From NCBI GenBank assembly GCA_004431415.1, contig QPMI01000347.1, positions 1 through 30,607 of the forward strand: a DNA stretch of 30,607 bases, in the 5' to 3' direction. Under the pieces are notes generated by a model that was not told the DNA's origin, ran no database searches, and saw nothing but the letters and a program-made list of their open reading frames with translations. Both the position numbers and the translations under genes were made by a program. Within the stretch, counting starts at the first letter, position 1, and every line of letters begins with the position of its first letter. This stretch comes from Cyanophora paradoxa CCMP329. Taxonomy: Eukaryota; Plantae; Glaucophyta. Positions 12,701 through 23,400 of this stretch are shown here, one piece after another.

Positions 12701-15700
12701 TCCTCTGGGTGACCCTGGAGCCGGCCAAGCAGCAGCCCGGCGAGGCGGTCGTCACCTCGACCTCCCGCGGCGTCATCCTCGCCGTCAACCGCGCCTTCTG
12801 CGACATGTTCGGGTGCGCCGGGCCCGCCCCCGATCGCGAGCTGGCCTCCTTTCTCACTGGCCCCGCCCTTGTCTGACGTCGCTGCGGCGGGGCAGATACG
12901 CGCCGTCGGAGATACGCGCCCAGCTGATCGAGAACCTCATGCCGCTCCCCTTCAGCAAGATCCACTCCAAATTCGTCGACGTGCGCGGCGCGCGAGCTGG
13001 ACGCACACCGGAGTATTCCGCCGGGCTGAGCGCGGGCCGCTCGAGCTCAGGCGTACCTGAGGACGGGGATCGCGCGGATCATGGGCTCCAAGCGCCGCGT
13101 CGACGCCCTCCACAAGTCCGGCGCGCCCGGCCCGAGCCCGGAGCCCACGCGAAGGATTCCGGCCCCGCGCTGACGGGCCGGGCGGCGGGGCGCAGGCACC
13201 AGCTTCCCCGTGCAGCTGACGGTCGGAGTGAGCGAAGTCAACGGCGAGAAGCTCTTCTCGGCCCGCATGATCAGGCGAGCGCCGGGGGCAGCGCCGCGCC
13301 GCCTTTCCTCTCTTTTGCTGAGGCGGAGGCGGGGGCAGGGCGGAGGGGGCGGAGGACGAGGAGGACGTGTACATCACGATCGACCAGCGGGGGATCATCC
13401 AGAGCGTCAAGGGGCCCCTCGTCGAGGTCTTCGGCTTCCGCCCCGCCGAGCTCATCGGCCGCACCATGAACTCCATCCTGCCCCGTGCGCCGCCCCGCCG
13501 GCCCCCGGCCCCGGAGCTGAGCTTGGCGCGCCCGTGATCGGCGCCCGTGAGCAGGGCAAGTGGCGGCGGTGCACGACCAGTACCTGAAGCGCATCAACGA
13601 CAACCCGTTCCAGGCGCGCTCGCGGCGGGGCCCCCGACCCGTCTCGGCTCGCTGCGCACTGACGGGCGGTGCCTCGCGCAGCCGCGCGTGATCGGGACGG
13701 GCGGGCGCACGCTCGAGGCCGTGCGCCGCGACGGCTCGACGTTCCCCGTGCAGATCGACATCGTCGCGGACGAGTCGCTCAAGGCGACGGAGGGCATCAT
13801 TCTGTACACGGGCCGCATCACGCGCCTCCTCGACCTCGACGGGACGCTCACCGTCGACACCGAGGGTGCCGCCCCCGCCCCCGCGCCCGTGCCCACCCAG
13901 GACAAGACTCAGCGCCCGCCCGCCCGCTCGCCGCCCGCCCGCAGGCAAGATCGTCTCCTGCAACTACAACCTCTGCCGCATCTTCGGCTACCCGGCGCCC
14001 GAGAGCATACGGGTGCTTCCCTCGCCTCTTTCCCTTTCGCGCGAGCAGCCGCGCTCGGCCGGCGACTGCGCGCGCCGCGCCTCGAGCTCACGCGGCGGCG
14101 CAGGGGCACGACATCACGACGCTCATCCCCAACTTCGACGAGGAGCAGGCGCACGCGCAGGACGCCGACGGCCAGGTCACGACCATCCAGCAGCGTCCCA
14201 TCGTCGGCAAGGTCCGCCCCGCCTGCGCATGCGCTCCCGCGGCGGCCCCGCCCGACGCCGGGGGCGGCGCAGCACGCGAGCGGGCACGCGCTGCCCCTCT
14301 TCCTGGACCTCTCCGTGACGAACGTGCGCCCCGCCGTCCCCCTTTGCGCCCCCCGCCCCCTTTCCTGCCGCCGGGACACCCGCCCGTCTCTCACGAAAGC
14401 GCGACGAGCGTGGTCGGACGCGCCTTCCTCGGCAGCGGCAGCCTCACGCGGTTTCGCAGGTCGCGGGGTCGCCCTACTTCCAGGCCCGCGTCAGCTACCG
14501 GCACGAGCGCCGCCGCTCCCGCGCCCTCTCCCTCCCCCCGGAGACCCCCGCCGCCGCCGCCGCCGCCGCCGCCGCGGGGCGGGGGCCGAAGGGCGAGAGC
14601 CCGCCGCCCGCCGAGCTGCCGGGCGTTCCCGATCACGTTGGCGAAGAGCCGGCCGCGAGGCGGGCCGAGGGGGCCGTGGGAAGCAGCCTCACCCTCTCCC
14701 TGCTCGCCCCGCACGAGGAGGGCGAGGGGCCAGAGCGCCCCGAGGCAGAGCGCCGCTCGGGGGGCGCATGCCCCGTCATCCGCCGCGCCTCGGCCTCGGG
14801 GAGGGGCGCCGGGACGGGGGCCCCGCAGCTCGAGGAGGGCGCCTCGCCCGAGGCGCGGCAGTCCCCCCGGTCCGCTCTTCGCTGCGATTGCGAGGGCGCC
14901 CCCGCAGGCCGCTCACGGCGGGGCGCGCAGGCTGCAACCGCTCTCGCCGGGGCCCACGCGCAGGCGCCGCCGCCCCTCTACCACGGCGGCCGCGAGTGGC
15001 CGCAGCAGCCTGCGGCGCGGGCGGAGGCGGCGGGGCGGCTGGAACGGCTGGAGGCGCTCGCTGTGGGCGGCCGGCCTCGCCGTTCGAGCGCGCCGCCGCC
15101 GGAGCCGTCCCGGGCAACTTCGCGGCGCCGCCGGGCCCGGCCTCGAAGCCGGCGGCGGCCCTCGAGCACGAGGGGGCCTCGCCGCCGCGCGCCCGGAGCG
15201 TCGAGCCCGGCGTGCAGCCGCAGCCGCAGCCGGCGCAGGGGCAGGGGCCCGTCTCCACGCGGCCGCCGGCGGGGGCCCCCCGAGGGGCCTGGAACGCGAG
15301 CGCGAAAGAGCGGGCCCAGCACCACCACCACCACGGCGGCGGTGGCGGCGGCGGCGGCGGTGGCGGCGCGCGCACACACACGCACACGCACACGCACAGC
15401 GTCGGCTCCTCGAAGACCAAGGAGACGCGGCAGCGGAAGCGGCGGCGGCGCGTCCTCGCGCACCTCGCCGCCAACCCCAACCCCCTCGTTCGCAAGCTCT
15501 GGCGCGACCTCCTCGTCTGCGTCGCCGGTGCGCGAGCCCCGCCGTCCTCGCTCCCGTTCGCTCGCGGGCCGCTGAGGGGCCCCGGGGCAGTGCTGGGTGC
15601 GTTGGCGGTGGGCACTTTCATCGCCGTCGTGCAGCTCGTCGAGAAGTACGACGACCACACCAAGCGCCTCACGCGCGCCCGCCCCGCCCCCCGAGCCCTG

Positions 15701-18700
15701 CCCGCCCCCCGCCGCGCTTTCGCTGAGCGCGCGCGTGCGCAGGGCGTCCAGCAAGCGGACGGTGCTGAGCCAGCTCATCGCCATCGAGGTCCGTCGCCGC
15801 GCCGCTCGCTCCGCCCGCCCTCCCCGCCCCCCGCTGAGGGAGCCGCAGGCGAGGACGCTGGGCCTGGCGCTGGGGCGGGCGTTAGGGGCCGACGGGGTGA
15901 CGCCCGGGGCCTCGGCGGCGCGCCTGCTGGACCTCTCCAACCAGTTCATCGACATCCACCAGGCCCGCCCCCGCCCCCGGTGGCCCCGCCGCCCTCGAGT
16001 CTGAGGCGGCGGGCACGCGCAGGACCTCTCGCACGGGCTGCACGGCTTCACGCCCCCCGAGGGCGACGCGCTCGTCGAGCTGCTCTTCTCGGGCGCCGCC
16101 GTGCCGCTCCTCGAGCTCCTCAACGGCACCCTCGCCCAGTCCCGCACGAGCCTCTGGTCCGTCGGCGAGCGCTACCACCAGCACGCCCTCGTCCTCGCCG
16201 TCGGTGCGCCCCTTCCCAGCCGCCCGCCCCGCCTCGCCGCCCCCTCACGGTCTGCAGCGGGGCGGGTCGCCTCGGGCCTGGACGCGGCCCTGCCCAACTC
16301 GCAGCTCTCCGCCGCCCTCTCCTCCGCTGCCCAGGCCCCGCCCTCCTTCCTCCCCGACTCGGCCCGCGCGGGGGCGGCGGCCGCCGCCGGCGACTCGGCG
16401 GGGCTCAAGGGGGCGGACCCCTCCAGCGTCGGCGTCGACTGCGCCAGGAACCTCAAGGCACGCGCCCCCGCTCTGGCTCTCTCTTTCCCCCCCGCCCGGG
16501 GCCCCGCGCCCCGGCCCCGGCCGCGCTCACTCCAGCCCCCTCCCGCGCACAGGAGTGCGCGTCGTGGTACTTCGTCATACGCAACGGGCCCTTCGGCGGT
16601 CCGCTACCCCCTCCCCGCCCCCGCCCCTGGGGCCGAGGCGGGGCGGGCAGTGCTGCAGGGGATGGACCGCGCCACGGGGCTGGTCCGCGGCCCTCCCCCC
16701 CGCCCCCGCCCCGCGCCCCCTCCTCCGCCCCGCCCCCGCCCCGCGCCTTCTCGTTTGTTTCGCCTCCGCCCCGCCCCCGCCCTGCGCCGACCCCCCGGGT
16801 CCCGGCTCCGGCAGTACGTGGCGATGATGGAGCGGTCGGCGGCGCTCCTCGAGGGCCTCTACCTCGCCTTCCTCGCCGCCGGTGGCCCCGCCCCGCTCTA
16901 GATCTCCCACCTGCCTCGTTCTTCTTCCCTCGGCTCTCCTCTGAGCGGTGCCCGCGCGCGCGCGCGCAGGCCTCCTCGGGATCGTCCTCATGGGCCTCCT
17001 CGCGTTCAACCCCTCCTTCAAGCGGGTGCTGGAGCAGCGCGACGAGGTCCTCCTCCTCTTCCTCGAGATCCCCAAGCAGGCCGTCCGCGGCCTCGCCCGC
17101 AAGCGCATCAACGTCACCGTCGACAGGCGCGCCCCCCGCTCCCCCCCGCTCGGGGTCCCCGCCCTGCGCGGCGGCTGAGGGCGGGCGGCAGCTCGGAGAG
17201 CTCGGAGGAGGAGGACGCGGAGGCCTCGGAGGAGGGTGAGGGGGAGGACGGGACGGGGAGCGCGGGGCCCGGCGGCGGCGGCGCCCCTGCCCCGGGCCGC
17301 GAGCGCGAGCGCAACGCCTCCCACGACGCCACCGCCAGCGGTGCGCGCGGGCCGGCCGGAGCGGCGCCGGGGGCGGCGGGGCGCTGAGGGGAGGGTGCGG
17401 CGGGGGCAGAGGCGCAGGAGGAGGGGTCGGAGGGGAGGGCCGCTCGGAGGCGCCCCCTGGCCCTCCACCGCCGGCTCGGCCTCCCTCGGGCCCCACCCCG
17501 CCTCCCTCAAGGCCCGCCGCCCCCGCCCGCCCCGCCCGCCCCCCGGCTGAGCCACCGGCAGGCGGGGCAGGCGCCGAGGACGCCGCTGAACGGCGGCTCG
17601 GGCGGCCTCGCGATCGGGGGCGGCTTCGGGCTCCTCGGGTCGGCGGCAGAGGACCGCCTCGCCCAGCTCGCCGTCGCCAGGTGCCCTGCCCCCGCCCGCC
17701 CCGCCCGCCCCGCTCGTCCAGCGCTGCCGCCGCCGGCTGGCTGGAGCCCGCGGCCGGCTGTGACTCATGATTGTCTGGACCCCTCTCCCCTCTGCGCTGC
17801 TCTGACGGGCGCGGGCGGCAGCGCGCTGGCCTCGGCGATGGGCGAGGGCGGGCATGGGCCGGGCCACGCCGGCGGGGTCGAGCACGGGCACGTCAGCGGC
17901 CCCCGCCGGTGCGCCCCGCCGCCCCGCGGCCATCCGTCGGGCCCCGGACCCGCCCTCCGCTGCGAGCTCCGCGTCGCCCGAGGAGGGCCGCCGCCCCTCG
18001 AGTCGACCCCTCGCGCCGACGCCGCCGGCGCGCAGGTCGCGCTTCGTGATCCGGGGCCCACGTCGGCCGGCCACGGGCCGCGCGCGGGCCGAGCGCCGCG
18101 CCGGGCGCGGGAGCCCCGCCGTGCACCCGCTGCCGACCTCGGGCGGCCTCGCCTCCTCCCTCGCCTCCCTCGCCAGCTCGCCCGTGCAGAGCCCCAAGCC
18201 CCGCCACGCAGCGGAGGGCGCCGCCGCCGGCCCCTTGGCCTGGCTCCGCGCCCACATCGGCCTCGCCCCCGCCGCCGCGTCCACCCGCGCCCCACCGGCC
18301 CCCGCCGCGCCGGCGTCTCCGCCTCCCGCCGCATGTTCGGCCGCGTGCGCCCCACCCCCACCCCCTCCAGCGCGCGCGCCGCCCTGAGATCGCGGGCAGC
18401 GGCTGGTGCGCCTCTACGCCCTCTCCTCGCTCCTCCTCGCCGCCTGCTTCGCCGCCACCTTCGCCGCCGGCTATGTTCGAATCCACGTGCGCCGGCCGCC
18501 GCGCCCCCCGCCCCGCCCCCGCCGGCGCGCTGACGGGGCTGCCTCCTCGAAGGGGCTCGACGACGCCGCGCAGTACGTGATCAGGTGCGCCTCTGCGGGC
18601 GGCCCCCGAGGCGCCCCCGCCCCTCACCCGCCCGCGCCGGCAGGGCCTCGAGCCTGCGCGCCGCCGCCCTCCGCATCGTCGCCGGCGCCCGCGCCACCTG

Positions 18701-19909
18701 CCTCCCCTCCCTCCGCACCCCCGAGGTGCCCCCGGCCCCTGCCCCGCGCCGCCCCAGCGACCGACTCGGCCGGCGCGGCGGCAGGTGGAGGCGGCGGCGG
18801 CGGCGGCAAACGCGACGGGCAGCCTCGACGCCGCCCTCACTTTCGCCGTCGCCCGGTGCGCCCGGCCCGGCCCGGCCCCTTCGGGGCCCCAGGGCGGCGC
18901 TGACGGCGCGGCGGGGCAGGCCGTGGGAGGTGGTGGCGGGGGACGCGGCGGCGCTGCGCGAGGGCCTCGCCGCCCTCCGCGCCACCTTCACCGAGACGCC
19001 CGGCCTCGCCCAGCTCATGTTCCGGTCCGTCGCCCGCGCCGCGCCGCGCCGCACGCGCCGCGCCGACCCTCGCTGCGCGCCGCGCGCAGCGGGGAGGGCG
19101 TCGGGGCGCTGGGGGCGGACGGGGCGGCGTCGGTCGCAGAGGGCCTGCACGCCCTCCTCACCATGTACGCCGACCAGGTGCGAGCAAATGCTTCTTATAT
19201 AATTAGAGCGAGCCCGCTGCTTGCAATCGCCGTTCCCTCCGCGCCAGCCGCACCGCCGATGCCGCCACGTGCACGCAGGCCGCGCAGCTGGCGCTGGCGC
19301 CGCCGTCGGCCCGCGCCGTCGCCAACCCCGCCTACCAGTTCATCTGGACGACCGGCGCGCCCCCTCTCCTGGGCGCGGGTCGCGAGGGCCTCTCCGCCCT
19401 CCTGAGGGGGGCGGGGCAGGGCTGACGAGCGTGCTGAACGGGCTGGCGGCACTGGAGTGGGGGTACGCGAAGCTCAACCGCGACGCCGTCCGCCCCGCCC
19501 CGCCCCGCCCCGCCCCGCCCCGCGCCGCGTCGCGCGACGTCGACGTCGACGCGGGGCGGGCAGACGAGGCGTGTGATCCCCGTGCACGGGGGCCTGATGG
19601 CCGCCACGCTCGCCGCCGCCTTCCTCGTCGTCCTCTTCCAGGCCCGCCCCGCCCGCCCCCGCCCTCCTCGCCCCCGCCTCGCCGCTCCTCCCTGAGCCGC
19701 TCCCGCGCAGTTCCGCCCCATGGTGACGCGCCTGCGGGACGAGACGAAGCGCTCGCACCGCATGCTCCAGGCACGCCCCGCCCCGCCCCGCCCCTCCCTT
19801 AAGCTTCCGGCGGGTGACCGGGCCCCCGCAGCTGATCCCGGACGAGATCCTGGAGCGCGTGGAGGCCATCTGCTCCTACGTCGACCGCCACGAGCCCGAC
19901 GAGTACTGA
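7897..19909 (+). CDS. Large multi-pass membrane protein, TmcB/TmcC (tiny macrocysts) / FixL-like (FXL) PAS family
   Basis: Manual splicing gives about 8 N-terminal hydrophobic segments (e.g. LLFALFLVVVDFAQLMAF; WFLPYYNSAFNALRAGLY), then a TPR-like region (ADAIFQEGLRRFPYSAIVHLAY; MDLVSFVEF; ILRGYGAFLESVKNNPGAAEQFYRRAD). Five PAS domains follow (~11360-14500), then a low-complexity linker and two TM-loop-TM modules ending LLLFLEIPKQAVR and RLRDETKRSHRMLQ|LIPDEILERV. Stop TGA at 19907-19909. About 60-65 introns. Linker exons are uncertain, with apparent indels near 9901, 12325 and 14900-15070. Confidence 0.85.
9683..9707 (+). repeat. Intronic poly(C)25 homopolymer
   Basis: Direct read; lies inside the intron starting at 9658. 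Confidence 0.9.
15320..15397 (+). repeat. Coding microsatellites encoding His5-Gly11-Ala-Arg-(Thr-His)4
   Basis: (CAC)5, (GGY)11 and (ACRCAC)4 in the frame that continues into SVGSSKTKETRQRKRRRR and the next TM segment. Confidence 0.75.
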
Positions 19910-20222
19910 TCGCCCATCTAGATCTCAAGCGGCTATCGCGACGGGCAGCCAAGCTTCTTTTGGCAAGTCGGTGGCTTCTAGATCTAGTATCTAGTGTATA
20001 TTCTCGAAAATATTCACAAGAATGTACGTACGGTTATAATTACGTCCGCAGTATTTTCATGAGATACAACTTTCATATATAATAGGATACAGGCGACAAA
20101 CTGATTAATGTTGCTCTTTCAATGTATATGTGTTGAGCGAAGCTTCTTCTAAGCCGCAGCTCAGCGGCTGGCCCCGGCATCATCGGCCGCGGATCTTGAT
20201 CCCGAGCTGCATGCATGCGCAG

Positions 20223-20717
20223 TTTTTTTTTTTTTGCAAAAGTGGACGTCGCATTGATACACCACGGCACATGTATCAATGTTCTACGTGACGTACGCGT
20301 GCCCTTCCGACCGGTCATCTGTCTAGCCGAAGGTGCTAGCTAGATACCGGCCATGGGTCGCTCAATATGGGAGGTTCGCCTGAGTGGGGGAGCCATGGTT
20401 TTCGGTGATATCGATAGCCGTAACCAGACCCGCGCGCCCACCCCTTGATCAACTCCTCCATCCCTCATGAGCCCTGGAAGTGGAATGTCTCGCAGTCCTC
20501 CGCCCTCCCTTGCCGCCGCTCCGCCACTCCGCCTCCTCCTCACTCCGCCACCTCCGGATCCCTCCTCCTCACCTGCGCCCCAGGACCCCGATTAATCGGT
20601 GTCCCGTTCTGTCAAGGTGAAGGAGGTGGTAGGAGGAGGATATGAGGAAGGAGAGGGAGTGGGCCGAGGCAGCGGCGTGGGGTGGGCAGCGGATGCGGGG
20701 CAGAGCAGGGAGGGGGG
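20223..20717 (-). mobile_element. Non-LTR retroposon insertion (SINE-like or 5'-truncated LINE), 495 bp
   Basis: Exact 20-bp direct repeat CGAGCTGCATGCATGCGCAG at 20203-20222 and 20718-20737. T13 (poly(A) on minus) directly abuts the left copy at 20223-20235. Perfect 10-bp stem-loop (20252-20261 / 20272-20281) just upstream of the tail. Confidence 0.85.
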
Positions 20718-21438
20718 CGAGCTGCATGCATGCGCAGCTGCAGCTGTGGAAGCTTAATTGGATTTAGATTGCCAAGTTGGTTGCAGATCGATATCAGTAT
20801 TTATAGATCTAGAGCCGCATACGCAGTGCGCAGCCATTGATTCAAATTCTGTGACTCAGTGAGGCGCCCACGAGTGGCGCGAGCGCGTGCAGTGCGGCAT
20901 TCCTCATCATGATCAGGGCAGGGCCTCGTGACCTCGAAAATCATGAAATCTAGGTTACATTGGCGAATTCACGATCAAATAATCTGTACATGTACACAAG
21001 AATCCGGCGAGGTCTAGAACATGATCACGCATTTACATCGAAAAACGGCACGAGGGCCGAGATCTTAAAAGAATCTTATGCTTTACACAGTTGAAAACCA
21101 GTAAACAGCGCCATTCACACTAACGTCTTCAGATTCAACGCTAGCGCGAAAAGCTGTGATGATGCTGCATATGGTATGTCGATGATGTAGGAAAGAAAAG
21201 CTGACTAATGTACAGGGGGATGAAAACATCTGTGTGGAAGGGTCGTCTAAGTGAAAATGACAGCATACCGGCGAACTGATTACAGGCCTACACAGCTGCG
21301 AGCTGCCTGTACACCTGATAATGGTACAAGGGCACTGTTCTGTCTGAACGCGGAGGGGCGGGCCCATCCTCTCGTTCGGTACAAGTACAGGGGCGCGCGC
21401 GCGGGCGCCCCGGGGGCCGTTGGCGCCGGGCGGATCAA

Positions 21439-23318
21439 TCACAGGGCGCCGTCGAAGTCGGAGCCGGCGTCGTCGATGGAGACCTCCTCGTCCTCCTCCG
21501 CACGCGCCGGCGCGGGGGCGGCGGCGCCGCTCGCGGCGGCGCGCGTGCGGCGCGCGGCGCGCTCCATCGGCGCGGGGGCGCCCACGGACGAGGCCTCGGA
21601 GCCGCGGCGGCCGTTGGCGGCCCGTATCGTCGTCTGGATGGTGGAAACCTGGCGCGCGGGCGGGGCGGCGTCAGGGGCGGCTCGGCCCTGGCGTCTCCAA
21701 CAAGGCGCACCATGCGGTCGTGCTCGTCGGCGGCGCCCTTGCTGCCGAGGGCGCGGAGCTTGCGCGAGGGCCAGCGCGCGATGCCGTACTTGCGGCACAC
21801 CTTCTTCAGCGTCCTGCCCCGCCCCGGCCCCTTAGCGCGGCGCCACGGGGCGGGGCGGGGCGGGGCGGGGGCCGCACGTGGGGCAGATGGCGAGGGTGCG
21901 GGCGGCCTCGACGAGGGGGCGGGAGAGGAGCGGGAGGATGTCTTCCAGCGGCACCGCCTTCTCGTTCGGGTGGCGCGAGGCCGCACCCGCCGGCGAGCAC
22001 GCCGCCGGCGCCGGGCCCTCCGCCACCGTCCGCCGCAGGAGCGCCGCGCGCGGGTCGGCGTGCTTGGGCCGCGGCCCGGGCGCCCGGCGCTGCTGCGCGG
22101 GGCCGCCGCGGCGCCTGCGGCGCGGGGCCGGCTCGTCGTCGCAGTCGTCCTCCTCGTCCTCGTCCTCGTACGCCTCCTCCTCGTCCGCCTCGAACGCCTC
22201 CTCCTCCTCCTCGCGCCTGGCCGCGGCCTCGCTCACCGAGTCGGCCCGCTCGCTCGCCCTCGCCGAGGCCCGGCTCTGCGGCCGGCGCCGGGTCGGCGCC
22301 CGCCTCGCCGGGGCGGGGCGGGGAGGCGGGAAAGAGGGGGCGGACCTCGTCGGCGTCGGAGCCGGCGTCGGAGGCGCTCGAGTCGCGCCGCGCGCGCCGC
22401 GCCCGCTTCGCCGCCGGCAGCGCGGCCGGCGCCGCCGGGCGCTTCGGCTGCTTCTGCGCCGGGCCGGCCGCCGCGTGCACGTCGGCCGGTCGCGGGGCCG
22501 GGGCGGCTGCGGCGGGGGCGGTCTTGGGGCTGGAGACGACGGGGACGGAGCGCCTGGCGCCGGCCATCGAGGCGACCGAGGCGCTGGACGCCACGCGCGT
22601 CACCGCCGCCACGGCTAAGGCCGGCTTCGTCGGCTCGTCTGCGCGCACCAGATCGAATTCGGACCGGGCCCGCGGAAAACACGGCGAATGTTTTCAGGTA
22701 AAATTCGGTGCGGACCGGCGCTGTGGGGGGAGCGGGGGCTGTCGGGGCGCGAGGTGGTGGGCGAGCTGAGGTCGGCGGCGGAGACGGCGCGGGCGATGCG
22801 CGGCTGCTGGAGGCGCGCGATCATGTACTCCAGCTGGGCGACCGTGAAGAGGCCGGCCGGCGGCAGGCCCAGGCCCAGCGCCCCGCCCCCGAGCCCCAGC
22901 GGCCCCCGCAGCGCCGACGCCACCGCCGCTTTCTCCAGCGCCAGCGCGTTCATCACCGCCTCGCCCCCGTCTGCGCCGTGACAGGTACCCGCCGCGTGAG
23001 TCATCGGACCGCCTCGCACACGCGGGCGGGAAAATTGAAGCGGACGCACCAGGAACGGCCCACGCGTCAAGGGGCCCGGCGACGGGGGCGTGGACCCCGG
23101 GTAACAAGCCGGCCCACGAAACCGCCGGGGGTGCCGGCGGGGCGGCTGCGAGGGCCGGCGGAAGCCCGCCGAAGGCCATGGAGACGCTCGACGCCAGGTA
23201 GTCGTCCAGGAGGCCCGCGTACGGCTCCCCGCCGCCGAGCAGGTCCATGTCTGCGACCAGGTCAGGGGCGGCGAGCTCCCGCGAGGCAGGGCGGGAATGT
23301 ACCGAACGCTGTCGCCAT
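21439..23318 (-). CDS. RWP-RK domain transcription factor (RKD/MID-like; no PB1 or GAF domain seen)
   Basis: Spliced domain AVPLEDILPLLSRPLVEAARTLAICPT|TLKKVCRKYGIARWPSRKLRAL (~21745-21960), preceded by an acidic tract. A 16-nt first exon (ATG GCG ACA GCG TTC G, 23318-23303) joins in frame via intron 23251-23302 to MDLLGG. Six GT-AG introns; stop TGA at 21439. Confidence 0.9.
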
Positions 23319-23400
23319 CTTCGACCGGAAATCGTATGCGACTTCGAAGCTTTCCGCTGTGCTCGCCGAACTGTTGAGGGCCGACGCGTACGGCTGACGT

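Noticed and set aside
13547-17239. 1230-aa ORF and the many other long Arg/Pro/Gly/Ala-rich ORFs on both strands
   Set aside because: Stop-codon scarcity in very high GC DNA. They are mosaics of true exons, introns and off-frame sequence.
20300-20335. Hammerhead-like core in the retroposon (minus CAGATGA...GGAAG)
   Set aside because: Does not match the required CUGANGA and GAAA core.
21150-21345. Box C/D-like motifs (GTGATGA...CTGA) suggesting a snoRNA cluster
   Set aside because: No terminal stems or recognisable rRNA-complementary guides. The region is probably the RWP-RK 3' UTR on the other strand.
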